The notes under the pieces: model-generated
Database searches by the model: none
Told to the model about the DNA's origin: nothing
Seen by the model: only the letters and a program-made list of their open reading frames with translations
Program-made: the position numbers and the translations under genes
Assembly (NCBI RefSeq): GCF_009914755.1
Contig: NC_060928.1
Origin: the human T2T-CHM13v2.0 reference genome, Homo sapiens
Reading direction: 5' to 3' (one strand)
DNA length: 64,000 bases
In this document: piece after piece, positions 31,185 to 45,855 of the stretch
Layout: the number at the start of each line of letters is the position of its first letter
Position numbering within the stretch: position 1 is the first letter of the stretch

Positions 31185-32499
31185 GTTAATATCCATACTC
31201 CAATATCACATTTTGGGGGATCCACATTCTGGTTTGTAATTTTCAAAAACTTTGGACACAAGTGACCCATTTCTAATGTTCAAGGAGAGGCTTTGATGGG
31301 AAGTGCTGACCCTCCTTTCTGAAGAGTGATATTAATAAAATTGTTTCAGTCAGCCAGTCTAGGAACAGGCAATCTCCTGTCTGCCACATGTGCCAAGTTA
31401 ATAAGCCTCCAAGAAGGTTACATTGCAGGTCTTGCTTTGTGCCTGGAACATCTTGGTAATTATCAAACAGCTTCATTAAACACACTGGTTCCCTATACTG
31501 TACTTCAGGCTTTGTTTTAGTTATATTTTTCCATTCTCTAAATAGATCTGTGTATTCATTGCTTTGTCTTATTATGTTGAATGTTACACTGAACTGTACC
31601 TAGACACTAACAGCTGAACAGCAGAATGGGACAAGCAGATTTAAAAAATATATATATCCAACAAATTTTTTTCTAAGGTACTGTGGAATCTGCATTCAAC
31701 TCATTGATATATCCTGAAGTAGGCTTTCTATTGGCTTATTTCTAAGAATGTGTTGTCTTTCCTGATTTCAGCATTCAATTATTTTCTCTTTTTTTTCTTT
31801 TGAACTTTTTGGTGATTTTTTGGGTAAGTCCCTTTCTTGTTCTTTATAAAAGAGAAAAAATAGAACATTGAAGAAAAAGAACAGAATTTTAACTAACACT
31901 TCTTATGCTTAAACTAAGTAAGGTGAAAGAAAGGAAGCTTGGAATAATCCAATTTTCTCTTATAACTGGTATGGGCACTCACCCTTACAGTTATTTAAGC
32001 TTAAATGCAAGTGTTTATATTTTGCTTGTTTTAGTTTACATCTTATCATTTATAGGAGGCTGTGTAATGCACCCTAAGTAAAGACATCATTTGCATAGCT
32101 CACAGTCAAATGGAGACTCAGTGAGTATTATGAAATATCAAATTAGAGAAATCATGTAAAAATAACTTCCCTCTGCCTCAATCTCAGCTGCATTTCATCT
32201 TGCCCTACATTTTTGTGGACCTGTATATGCAGATAAATGTATGACTTCACAAGTTTGCTTGAAGTGTATGAGAAAGACAAAGCTTTACACTTATGGAGCT
32301 AACAAGATCCTGAAACACTTTGACATCAGTTGCTTTGGCAACTTTAGGCTGAATCAATTCATTACACCCTGATATTAGTTGACATCCTGTGTGGATATTT
32401 TATGGGAGGGGGATGGTCCACAAACTGACATAGTCCTGACCCAGAAAATTCTCTGGGAACAAGAATTCCACTTGGATCCATCCATTGCTATTTTTCTCA

Positions 32500-32830
32500 G
32501 CCTCAGGAGTGAATGTGTTGACATGTACATGCTTGTTCACCCTGCCAGCATTTACTAAGCACCAGCTATAAGTTAAGATCACAGACATAAAGATGAATTA
32601 AGACATCTTTAATTTTCCCATGGTGTTTCATGTCTAGTACAGAGATGACTTATAAGTCCTGCTACAAGGGGATATTACACAGGCTCTGAAAGATCTGCAT
32701 ACAAGTTTTGCCCACATACATATGAAGAAAGAAAGACTTCTTAGAGAAGAGAATACTCATGCTTAGAACCTAGAGATGTGTGGGAGTAACCAGGAGAACA
32801 AGGACATATCATTCCAGAGAGATGGGGATG
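32500..32830 (-). mobile_element. L2 3' fragment
   Basis: 'agcatttactaagcaccagcta...aaagatgaattaagaca'. Confidence 0.55.
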
Positions 32831-32832
32831 GA

Positions 32833-33375
32833 TGGTAGCTGGTCGCTGAAGATCTTTCCCCTGCCTTCCCCACATCCATAGTCATACCTCACAGTATTCC
32901 TGTCCTTGTGTAATCCCCAACCATTGGGTCTGGACTTGCTCTTGGATTTACTCTTGGTTAATAGAATGTGGCAGAATTGTTGCTGTGTGACTTCTGAGGC
33001 TTGATCCTAAGAAATCTATGGCTTTCTTCTGGGCCTCTTTGAACTCTTGGCTTTTAGATGTTCCCTCTTGAAAGCCACCTCAGAATTGCACCTACCTGAG
33101 CCCCTCATGTTGTGAGAATCCTGAGCCATTGGGAAGACTCTGGAGAGTGAGACATCACACTGAGTAGGAGAGGCCAAGAGCCTCAGTGTGAGGCCCCAGG
33201 TGTGCATGAAGAAGCTGTCTTGAAAGTATGTCTTCCAGCTCCTTCCACCTTAGCTGAAGCATGGAATTGGGCCCTTCCTAAATTAATAATCCTCAAAAAT
33301 ATGAGCAAAATAAATGATTATTAAAAGCCCCAATGTTTTGAGGGTGGTTTCACATAGCAATGAACAACCAAAATA
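32833..33375 (+). mobile_element. MLT1 (MLT1G/H-like) LTR
   Basis: 'aatagaatgtggcagaa...tgtgtgacttctgaggct'; end 'ttttgagggtggtttcacatagcaatgaacaaccaaaata'. Confidence 0.8.
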
Positions 33376-33494
33376 GAGGGTATATGTGCAAAAGTGTTGA
33401 GTATGCAGGGTGTATGTTTCAAAAAAATTATGACCTGGAAGTAGCAGGTAGTTCAATAGATTTTCATGGTCGGAGAAAGAATGCTAGCCGGAAT

Positions 33495-33692
33495 ATACTG
33501 GTATTGGAACATTTACAGCTACAAGTGTGGAAACACTAGCTCGATCTGAGTTCAGAGGTAAAGCTGACTCCAATCATGAATGAGACAAATTATTCAAATG
33601 AGGTCATGAAGTCTTTTTCTGATTCCTTTTCTACCTCCTCCTCCTCCTGCTGCTGTTGTTGTTGTTCTTCTTCTTCTTCTTCTTTTTCTTCT

Positions 33693-33724
<32 letters not shown>

Positions 33725-34200
33725 TTCTTCTTCTTCTTCTTCTTCTTCTTCTTCTTCTTCTTCTTCCTCTTCCTCTTCCTCTTCTTCTTCTTCTTCTTCT
33801 TCTTCTTCTTCTTCTTTTCTCTCTCTGTCTCTCTCTCTCTCTGTCTCTCTCTCTTTCTCTCTCTTTCTCTCTCTTTCTCCTGATCATTCTTTTCTACATA
33901 CTGGAGAAGATGACAATAAGTAGCTTCAAAATTACACTTTTTTAGCTTTATAATCTTTTTAATTCTAGTTCCAAACTGAGTAACCCAACAGTAGGTCTCG
34001 CTGACTGGATATGGTTCATGTGCCCAGCCCTGGATCAAACACTCTGGTTAGTAAAACGAGCTGTTGCAATTCACTAGGTTAAAGTCAACTTTTCTCCCCA
34101 GAAGTGGTGGATGCTGTGGGTAGCATTTCCACACAAATCAAATTAATAAAGCAAGGAAGAAGCCATTTCCCCAGGGAACAGAGGATGTTAGACAATAGCT
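33495..34200 (-). mobile_element. Old MLT1 (MLT1J/K/L-like) LTR remnant containing the compound microsatellite
   Basis: 'ggttcatgtgcccagccctggatcaaacact', 'gccatttccccagggaa'. Confidence 0.45.
33634..33880. repeat. Compound microsatellite (CCT)5(GCT)2(GTT)4 then about 50 interrupted TTC units then (CT)n
   Basis: Read directly; longest pure TTC run about 21 units (~33702-33766). Confidence 0.97.
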
Positions 34201-35507
34201 GTTCACTGCAGGGAAAATAGCAGGAAGTAAATATATTTTAGTAGATGTTTTTTGTGGACAGTGTTATATTTGAGGTGCGGGTAAAGCCAGAATTTTTCCA
34301 AAGACTGATGTATATTGTTGTATAGCCACTTTAGTATGTCATTGATTAGATGTTCTTTCTTGGTTATATAGCCTGCCAAAGCCATGTGCATTGTTTTATT
34401 TAATTATTTGGCCTTACTTTGTTATACTAAAAAAAAGTTACAATGTTTTTCTCTTAGGAGGAAAATATTGATACATTATAAACATTGCATTTGCTTCCAA
34501 TTGTACAGATGATTTTGCATCAATAAAACCATATTCTCTCATATGGCCTATTTGCTACTCAGTGACACATTGTTTCAAGATGCTGAGTAAAGGAGGTTCA
34601 TCTATAGCTATAGTATCTTCCTGCCTTCATTCACTCATTCACTAAATATTTAATAAAATCTTTTTTTCCTGGACTACATAGATGAAATAAAGAAAGAAAG
34701 TAAAGAAGGAAAGAGGTAATTGGCTTTGAGTTTTCCAGTAGCCATAAAAAATGAAGATGAATGCAGAAAGATGATCAGTTCTATCTGCTTTGATTTTCCA
34801 TGAAAGAAAACATAAAATTGAAGCTTCTTTAGCAATTAACTAAAAAAAAGACTTTTCTCATACAAAGGTTCATATAGAAGACACACTTAAAAGAGAGGTA
34901 AATAATTATGTTTTTAATTACATCTTTCCTATAGAAAAAAATCTAGAAGTTTTCTGAAACAAATAAGAAACAACTGCTACACTCAATCACTTACCCAATA
35001 GTATATGAAAGAAGTATAATCATGAATAATGGTGATGTTTCGGATGTGGTTGTTCTGTAGTGGATATACCCAGGGTGTTATCAAAACAAAGTGGGTGTTT
35101 TGCTAACAAATCTGGGTCTCAATGGCTTTATTCTCCTCAGGGGCCTATACATATTATGGAAGTTTGGCCACTCTGTTGTCAGATACACTGGAAGCAACTC
35201 AAGAGCAGATATGGACTGGGAAGTCCATCAAGGCTGTTAGACATCCATTCATTGACTGTAGATAGAGCAGCAGGGGCAGCAGAAAGTCTTGTGGGAACAG
35301 AAGATGTGGGTGCCTAAGTTAGGATGCCTTCTTAAAAGCTGATTTCTTCCCAGCTGCCTTGGCCTGGCTTTTAAAACACAAATTAAGGGAAGTGAGATAA
35401 AATGTTATTTCAAGGATTTCCTCCAGTCAAGAGGAAATTGACATTTTTTTCCATGTTAATTTGTTAGTCTCATTGACAGCTATCAGAAATATTATTCAGT
35501 GTCACTA

Positions 35508-36180
<673 letters not shown>

Positions 36181-36558
36181 ATTTTTTTTTTTGTTTATGT
36201 AGCTTATTAACAACAGCAGTATTTTAGGTAACTTCTCTTCTGATACCGATTATCTCTATTTTCTGACTATCACTATTCTCCCTCTTTCTTCCTCTATCTA
36301 AACTACCAATCTGCTTATCTTTACACATCAATATATAAGCTCCCAAATCTCATAGGTTTGAAAACTTAGGCACAAAGAACTTTCAGCATCTCTGCCAGCA
36401 ATTATTTCAAATTGTTCAGAATAATATCAATTAAACTTATGATGTGGTTAATTTCACTAACTGAGACTAAAGACACAGGCTAAATGTGTCATGAGATATA
36501 TTTTTCTTTAAAATCAGTGTTTCAAAGGTCATCAGCAGCCCCCTTGCTCACTAGGCTG

Positions 36559-36586
<28 letters not shown>
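36559..36586. repeat. (T)28 homopolymer
   Basis: Read directly. Confidence 0.95.
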
Positions 36587-36590
<4 letters not shown>

Positions 36591-36769
36591 TGTGTACTTA
36601 TTATTTTGAAGGAGTTGGTCTTACGGAATTCACAAATACTGTATGCCATTGTATCACGTCAAGCAGTCCTTCTCATAAGGTAAGGAAATGAAAAAATTAA
36701 AATCTCATTTAGAACATTTTTAGTTTACACAAATCAAGTACCTGAAACCTCCACGTTATGAAACATACT

Positions 36770-37010
36770 GGTATGGGACATTGTTTAAGAGCATAGGCTT
36801 TGTAGCCAGTATGCACAGGAATGAAGATGGCTTGGAAACTTATTAGCAGTGTGATCTATAGCAAGTTAACAACACTCTCTTTGCCTAGTTTCCTTGTCTG
36901 TAAAATGAGGTACTAACAGTTTCCATCTCATAAGGTGGTTGTGAGGATTAAATTAGTTAATAAATGAAAGGCACTTAGAAAAAGCATTTGACATCTACAA
37001 AGAAATTCAT
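36770..37010 (+). mobile_element. MIR
   Basis: 'gtttccttgtctgtaaaatgagg...ggttgtgaggattaaa'. Confidence 0.8.
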
Positions 37011-37149
37011 CTTTGCAATAATTTTTCTGCTCAAAAATCCCTATCAGTGAAGTTAAATACAATCATTTATTTAGCCGTGCACTACAGGACTGCAGCTCCC
37101 ACCAGGCTTCTTTTGTGCCTCTATCTTACTTTTTTATTCCAGCCAGCTG

Positions 37150-37480
37150 AACCCTTTTAAGGCCCTCCAGTATGGTGACATCTTTCTACTCTTGTGGTTT
37201 TAGTGTTGGCAGAGTTTGTTGCCTGAAAGCCTTCCTCTGGTTACTTTTTCCTTGCAGGCTCAGATCTCAGCTGAATGTCAGCAACTCAAAGCAGAATCTC
37301 CTGACCCCCGTGTTCCCTCACCACAATGCCATGATGCCTCACTCGAAGGCCTTGCTTCCTTCACAGCATGTATCCCAGTGCACAGTTATTTTATTATTTG
37401 TTTATTTTATTTCTTCTGCTTCCCTAGTAAATTATAAGCCCCATGAAGTTAGAAAACTTTTCTGCCCTTTACACAACTTT
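37150..37480 (+). mobile_element. L2 fragment
   Basis: 'ctcagatctcagctgaatgtca', 'aaattataagccccatgaag'. Confidence 0.5.
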
Positions 37481-37679
37481 TCAAAAACAAATAGATACAA
37501 GCCAAGTATAAGTTATGAGATTAAATAGAACCTGACTATATTATTTTTTCCTTAAATATCAAACTTTTCTAGACTCCGACATTACATCATTTTTTAATCC
37601 ACTGCCCTGAAAGTTTTACGTAAGAGTGGCATAACCCACTTCAGGGTCTCTGAGCACATCAATTTAGTTGCATAATACA

Positions 37680-38320
37680 TAGATTCCTAAAATCTTAGAG
37701 TCTAAAAGGATCTAAGAAGTCTCATAGATCAATGTGCCCATATTACTGATGAGAAAGCAGAGTCTTGCAGAGGAAGCATGGCTTGTCTCATACCTTACAC
37801 TTTATTAGGGACAACATTAGGAAAAAAGTTACGTCTTCTTTCTCCTTGTCCAGTGTTTTTTCCAAAGCATTAGAGTGTTTTAAAATATCTTTTTCACAGT
37901 TCACTTTCTTTTAATGTTTTAAGTCAGAATGACTGCATTAACCGCCTACTCTGTCTACCTAACCATTTCACTTCAGAGATACGTGAGAGAGGTTCCTACT
38001 CTTGAAAAACATGTGTCTGATAGAAACAAAATTTTCTATGATAATCACAGTTTATCATTATAGGGACAACTATGCAAAGTAAAAGCAATAGCTCTCTGTT
38101 GAGTGTTTACTATGAACCCAGTCTTGCTCTCAGTGTGTTGTATGAGTTAACTCATGGAATTGTCACATCTCTATGCAATAGGTACTATCACTAGGTCCAT
38201 TTCACAAATGCAGAAACTGAGGCACTGCTTGAGCAACATTGCCAAGGTTCTCCAGTAGAGCAGGGATTTAAACCTTTGTCTCTCCAGAGAGCACCCTCTT
38301 AACTACAGTGTTGTCATACC
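37680..38320 (-). mobile_element. Two MIR fragments (~37680-37860 and ~38090-38320)
   Basis: 'ctgatgagaaagcagag'; 'ccatttcacaaatgcagaaactgaggcac...gagcagggatttaaacc'. Confidence 0.7.
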
Positions 38321-38945
38321 CTACACAATTCAGAGGAGAATGGGGTTTGGTAAAGAGGGGAGACTTCTTAAAGAATATTGATTTGGACTGGGCTTTGAGG
38401 GACCTGATAGATCCTTGGAATTTAGCCAATCTTCCCCCTACAATGATATCTCACAGTAGAACATTGTGACAGAGAGTTTCTTTCTTATGTTTCCTGTACA
38501 TGTTCATGCTCATGTTTAGCAAATTTGGAGTGGCCTCTTTATTCTTATTCATCCATCTACTTCTGTTGTCAGATCAGATTTTATGGTGGTAGCCCAAAAC
38601 ATTTCTTTCGCAGGATATTAAAGATTGGCACCAGAGTATGCCTGTGACTTGTTCTGATTTCTGGTGTGAAGCCATGTTTATCCACTACACCAGACAACTA
38701 GCTCATAGCCATTGTTTTATTTAGCCCTCAGTTTTCATGGTGGCCCTCAGTGATGGTTGGAGAGTCAAGGTAAATCTCACGCCCATGTTTCCTACTGCAT
38801 GCAGGTCACACATCATTCAGTGCACATGAACTCATTTCTTATGGCTAATTTTATACATCAACTTGACTGGGACACAAAATGTGCCCTTTTTTATCTGGCC
38901 TGACTGATTGAGCCAAACATCTCATTTCATCCTCTCCTGTCCTCA

Positions 38946-40069
38946 TGCCACAGGATTCTTTAGGTGCCACTTCACCAGCTGGAAACCTCTATGGCCAGTG
39001 GTGCCTCTGCTTGAGTTTCACTGGTGCATGCTGGGCTTGCTTCACCTACTCAGCCCAGGAGGCTGCACTCAGCTTGCACTACCGGCCTGGATCCCATGCC
39101 CATCAATGGCAAGCTAGGTACAGTGGGCGAAGAGTGTGTGAATGAGCAAGTGTGAGGTTCGGCCACAGTGCACAGCCCTGCACTCCAGCTGCTGTGGCGG
39201 TGTGGGCAGCTCCAGGCAGTGGTGCACACACAAGCTCCATGTGAGGCTCTTGCTGGATCAGGCACACCTCAAGCGTCTTCTGCTGTGGGCACCAGCATCT
39301 GGACAAGGGGAAGGTGGTGGTGCCCAAAAACTCAAAGATGCTAGCAACCTTGAAGCCCCAAGGGAGTTTTACAGCATGTCACAGTTCTGGCTCAGGGATT
39401 CCTGAGGTCCGGGCCCCCAGAAGAGTGGCAGCTCTTCCCCCATAGTCCAGCTAACAGGAACATGTCACTGCCTGCATTTCAGCAGGCCAGCCAGGAACGT
39501 GTTTCATCTTGTTCATGTTATAGGTCATTCAGTCCCACCACCACACTCCAGCCCATGGCTCCTGGGCTGGTCCAGCAGCGTGGCCACTCCCTGTCATGGG
39601 GGGCAGCTGCTGGAGGGCAGGAAGACTACAGTGTTACAGCTCCTATGGCACCTGCCATTCGTGGATCCTGGGTTCTTGTCCCATGTACAAGAAGAATGAA
39701 GTTACATGGACAACCAAAGAGTGAGCAAGGCAGAGAAGAGTTTTATTGAGCAACAGAACAGCTGTCAGTAGAGAGGGGACCCAAAGTGGGTAGCCCCTAC
39801 CTGAAGACTGGTAGTTCCAATGTATGACTGAGTCTGGAGTTTTTATGGGCTCAGATGGGGGAGTGCATGCTGATTGGTCCATAGGCAGGCCTGGAAAAAG
39901 CATCATTTGATTGGCTAAAAGGCATGGAGGAAGTTCTCACTCCAGATTGTGGACTCTACTCAGAGCTGGCAGTTTTCAGGATTCAGGCTGTCTTTTTCCC
40001 TGAAGGTTGGGTTTCAGTGGAAACTTGCCCCTTTCTGCCTAAACATTTGTCTGCCCTCTGCTGCTGTCA
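38946..40069 (-). mobile_element. MER52 (MER52C-like) ERV1 LTR
   Basis: TG...CA termini; 'ggaaacctctatggccagtggtgcctctgcttgagttt', 'ctaccggcctggatccca'; 4-bp TSD ctca/cttg; GC-rich. Confidence 0.85.
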
Positions 40070-40234
40070 CTTGGGCAAAGATTTATACCATCATCTAACC
40101 TGGTTTTCAGGACTTCAGACTTGGATTGAATTATACCACCAGCTTTCCTGGATCTCCAGCTTACAAACAGCAGACAGATACCTAGACTTGCAAAGCTCCA
40201 TAATCATACGAGTCAATTCCTCATTTAAAAAAAA

Positions 40235-40235
<1 letters not shown>

Positions 40236-40276
<41 letters not shown>

Positions 40277-40297
40277 TTATCTATCTACCATCTATCA
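40236..40297. repeat. (TCTA)n microsatellite inside MLT2
   Basis: Read directly. Confidence 0.95.
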
Positions 40298-40569
40298 ATC
40301 ATGTATCCAATCTCCAATTTCTCTGGAGAACCCTGAATGTGTCCTGGAACCTTCTCCCTGTTTCAGAAGCCAAACAAAACCTAAGCATAAGCTCTTGTTC
40401 ACCTCCAACACTTCCATTCCTTTTACAGTTCATTGAGATGCAGATCATCACAAATTTATTTTCTTTTAATAACTTATGTAGGTTTGTAATAGAGGAGAGG
40501 TATTAAGTCAGATTTCTCATAAAAAACCTTCTTCCATCTTGGCTAAAATTTACATAATTTTGATTTATA

Positions 40570-40960
40570 GGGTACAATGACTTTTTTCCACAGGCTTGGC
40601 CTCAGTTAATCATAAGGAACTGGTAGATTAGATATTACTATTTTAAACTTACAAATGAAGAAAGTGACTCAGAGATTTTATGATTAAGCTTATAGAGAGG
40701 TAGGGCTGGGGCTTGAATATGTCTCCTCTTCCAATTAAGCTTAAGTTAGAGTGGCCAGGAGCAAGGAGTAGGAAGTAAGATAATGGGGAATTGCATTCAG
40801 ACTCCACTGCTTATTATTGTGAGACCATGGGCATTCCCACTCAGCACTTCAGTTTGGTCATCTGCAAAATGGAGTAATTACATTTACAACAAACCATTGC
40901 TTATGTGACACATTTACACAATTAAAGTATATTAACAATCTGAAATGACTTGTGAAATGC
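40570..40960. mobile_element. Two MIR fragments in opposite orientations
   Basis: 'ttacaaatgaagaaagtgactcagaga' (-) and 'cagtttggtcatctgcaaaatggag' (+). Confidence 0.6.
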
Positions 40961-41348
40961 TCTTTAAGCTAATATCTACTTTCTGTTCATATTCCAGAAT
41001 TGAGTAAATTCTCCATTGCCTTTCATTGGCTCAGAAATAGTCAAATTGGTTCAGGAACCTGGCAAGTGCAGAATTATGTCATGACTGGATTTGGGGTCAT
41101 AGAGATTATTTTATTGTCAAGGGTGACATTATTCTCTCCCCTGATTTCCCATAAGATTTTGTGAAAGCTTATCATATTTTATATTACTAATAAGTCTTCA
41201 ATTTACCATGCGGGCAAAGATTCAGTGGTGCATGTTATCCTGTAAGCTCCTCTTGTTTCTCAGCTAACAGTGCCAAACAAGCCTAGTATATATTTTTGGT
41301 GGTCATTAATGGTACTCACTTTTGTGTTTTTGAAGGACTGCCTGTAAA

Positions 41349-41660
41349 CAGTGTTTTTAAATTTTAACATGTATGGGAATCACTGGAAGCTCGTATTAAA
41401 ATGCAGGCTCTGATTCATAGGTTTGGAATGAGATTCTGCATTTCTAATAAGAGCCCAAATGATGCCAGTGCTGCTGGCCTATAGATCAAACTTTGAGTAA
41501 CAAGACTCTAATGATTCCTTAAGCTGACTAAGAACTTTAAAAACATAGACATTCTTGAGCCCTACTTTTAGAGATTATGATTCACTCAGACTGGGACCAG
41601 ATGTCTATAATTTAAAAATATCTGCACAGGTAATTCTAATAATATGTCTTGTTTTGGAAC
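41349..41660. mobile_element. MER5B followed by a second MER5-like MITE
   Basis: 'tgagattctgcatttctaataag...gatgccagtgctgctgg...actttgagtaacaag'. Confidence 0.7.
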
Positions 41661-41919
41661 TGGCAAAATATATTCCAATTATAAATGTTTTGATTAATCT
41701 GGGTCCAGTCTACCTTTGCAGCCTACCCTCTACACCTTGTTCTTAGTCTATGCTGCAAGGATATCAAATTACTTATAATTCTTTGAATATACTCTCACTT
41801 CATGGGCGATTTCCTTTGATTAACAATATTATATTTCACTCTGTTTGTTGGAGAAATAACTGTTTATTCTTAAATAGCCACTATCACCTCCTCCAGGGAA
41901 CCTTCCCTGATGTTCTAGC

Positions 41920-42139
41920 CTGGTGGTTCTCAAATAGAAGCAATTTTGTTTTTCTCCCACCTTAGGAATATTTAATAACTTCTGGAGACATTTTTGGTTG
42001 TCACAACTTAGGGGAGGGAGGTTGCTGGCATCTGGTAGGTAGAAAACAGTTAAATATTCTACAATATATAGAACAGCCCCCCGACAACCAAGAATTATCT
42101 AGCCACAAACATCAATATTACTAAGGTTGAGAAACCCTG
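41920..42139 (+). mobile_element. MER20 inserted in an L2 remnant (~41680-42300)
   Basis: 'tctggagacatttttggttgtcacaact...aaggttgagaaaccctg'. Confidence 0.88.
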
Positions 42140-42310
42140 CTGTAGGCTGAGTTAGACTCCTCTCTTTTAAGTTCTGCCTGATTGCTTCTATTCTGTTACT
42201 TATCACACTTAATTCTTTGTTGTCTGTTTTTATTTTTGCCCAGTAGCATGTTAGGTCCTAGGATGAGGGAGAAATTGTTCCTTTGATCTCTATTTTCTCA
42301 CAGTGGATAT

Positions 42311-42415
42311 TGTGTGTGTGTGTGTTTATGTGTGTGCATGTATATGCAAGTGTGTATATGTGTGTGCATGTGTGTGTACGATTTATATATATATAAATAT
42401 ATATTATTGTGTATA
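42311..42415. repeat. Degenerate (TG)n/(TA)n repeat
   Basis: Read directly. Confidence 0.85.
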
Positions 42416-43725
42416 ACTATTTTCTAAATAAAGGGGTAAATAGATCCTTGAATTTACAAATAAACTCATATGCAGTGTTTTGTGGTGTGTAGATGGGCTA
42501 ACCCAAGCATTTAGACAGATTCATGGACTCCGGCTGGGGTGAGATGTTACTCTGTCTTGAAAGGCATAATATCAAGTCATCAATCACCAACCATAGAGTT
42601 AACCTCCTGAGAAAAAAAAAAAAAACTTTATCATTTGCCAATTGGAAAGAATACAATTGACTTGAACCAGCTGGCTTTGGCCTCTCTGAAAGGCTGTGAC
42701 CCATTTAATCAGTTTGGAATGCATCCCTAACTTTGAAGGTAGATCAGGAAGGATGGCAAGCATGAACTAAGTCAACTAGGCCCACAATCTCCCATTTAAA
42801 GTATTTGATGTAAGAGACACAATGATTAAAAAAGTAAAAGCTATGTGACTGGGGTCAAGGGTAAGAGTAGGAAGATGGGTTATTCTTTCTGATTTCAAAA
42901 ACTGACAAACAGTGTTTAGTTTGGAAAGACCTGAAAACCCTCACATAACTCAGCCTGTGCTCCATTTCATCAGAAGTGTAGGGAAATAATGAAGTCTGCA
43001 GTTCCTGCTTTCTGTCTGTCATCTAAGCCATTCCAGGGATAATAATCCTGGGTAGTGTCTTTCAGCTGGAGCCATTTCCCTGGAGAGATGGAGTTATTGC
43101 AAGCTTATATGCTTTCTCTTACCTGGTTTTGATTTTCCCTCTTCCTAATGCAATTTCACTGATCTCTTGGAAATGAGACAAACAAGCGAAGCTCTTTGCT
43201 ACTCATACTTTCTAAACTTGCTCCATAAATTGTCCTGCTATGCCCTGTGTAAAACTCAGGTCTAGGAGATTGGAAATGGCCTCTTACATTTGTAGGAGAT
43301 ATTCCTTCTGAAGTGCACATATGACTTGTTTTATTTTATTTTCACTTTAGCATAGCGATTCACTTATCTTTCCATTGCTCCAAATGCCAACCCCTCCATA
43401 ATCTTAATTTCAAGTATCCTTTCTCTCTTCTTGCCTTTAGTGTTCATTCCCTTTGATAACCCCATTCAATATTTCCTGAAGCTCATTAAAATTTAGAATT
43501 CATTGACACTCCCTTTTACTCTCACCCTTCTCTTCTTGACCTCACTTAATCAGCATTGATTCCAAGGTCTGTTTCTTATCCCCCTCTGATACCCTTCCAT
43601 CCCTCCACAGTTCTCTCTTTATTGTATTAGCTGGTGTAAACACCAACTCTGCTTAATTCTAACACTCTTCCCTTTCTAGATATGTACCTGAATAGCTGAA
43701 ATAACCTTCCTTCTCCTCCATCTAG

Positions 43726-43726
<1 letters not shown>

Positions 43727-43761
<35 letters not shown>
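43727..43761. repeat. (CA)17 microsatellite
   Basis: Read directly. Confidence 0.97.
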
Positions 43762-43764
<3 letters not shown>

Positions 43765-43852
43765 TATATTAATGTTTACTAGTTTTCCTTCAAATTTACG
43801 ACCACCTTGTGCCTCTAAACACTGCTTCAAAATCCAACTCAACTCTCTAGTC

Positions 43853-44068
43853 CAGGAGTTGCCAAATGTTTTCTATAAAGGTCCAGACACTATGTATTTT
43901 AAGCCTTGGGGGCCACACAGTCCTGTTACCATTTGGCACTCATAGCAGGAAAGCAGCCATTGACTGTACACAAACAAATGGGCGTGGCTGCCTTCCAAGG
44001 AAGGCAGTTTGTTTAGAAAAACAAGCTGTGGCTGGATTTGGCCCACAAGCTGTAGTCTGATGACCTAG
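43853..44068 (-). mobile_element. MER58A
   Basis: 'aaacaaatgggcgtggctg', 'ggctggatttggcccaca'; 8-bp TSD ctctagtc/ctctagac. Confidence 0.88.
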
Positions 44069-44145
44069 CTCTAGACCATTCAGTCTTCCATTATTCTAAA
44101 TGACTATTTCATATCTTCTCTCTTTTCTTAAACCTTTTATACTTA

Positions 44146-44547
44146 GGTTAAAAGAAAAACTTAGACAAATTTAAGTCATTTGAGTTTAATTGAGCAAAGA
44201 ATGATTCATGAATCAGTCAGCCTCCAGTGCCAGAGTAGGCTCAGAGAGACTCCAGAGCAGCCATGTGGCCAAATAAGATTTACGGACAGAAAAAGGAAAG
44301 TGAGGTACAGAAAACAGAAGTGAGGAACAGAAATAGCCGGATTGGTTACAGCTCTATGTTTGCCTTATTTGAACACAGTTTGAACAGTTGGCTCCCTATG
44401 ATTGGCCAAAACTCGGTGATTGGCACAAGAGTAGGTTCTAGTCTGTTTATGACTCCATTTAGGTTGTAGTTCACTATGTACAGAGAAACTTTTAGGCTGA
44501 ACTTAAAATATGTAAGGAGATAGCTTTAGGCTAAATTTGATTTAACG
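44146..44547 (-). mobile_element. ERV1 solo LTR (MER57/MER93 family)
   Basis: 'gttaaaagaaaaacttagacaaatt...gattggttacagc...ctttaggctaaatttgatttaac'; 4-bp TSD ctta/ccta. Confidence 0.85.
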
Positions 44548-44551
44548 CCTA

Positions 44552-45855
<1,304 letters not shown>

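Larger units (their letters stand above)
38838..40338 (+). mobile_element. MLT2 (MLT2D-like) ERVL LTR split by a MER52 LTR
   Basis: Start 'atggctaattttatacatcaacttgactggg'; after 40070 'gaattataccaccagctttcctggatctccagctt...tctctggagaaccctga'. Confidence 0.85.

Noticed and set aside
33576-34038. Poly-Ser, poly-Arg, poly-Lys and poly-Phe ORFs of 75-135 aa
   Set aside because: Artefacts of the stop-free TTC/GAA microsatellite.
38946-40069. GC-rich stretch resembling a CpG island or gene promoter, with many short ORFs
   Set aside because: It is a CpG-depleted MER52 LTR.
39924-40436. Longest ORF in the window (170 aa)
   Set aside because: It runs across MER52, MLT2 and a (TCTA)n repeat ('SIYLSIYL') and has no recognisable domain.
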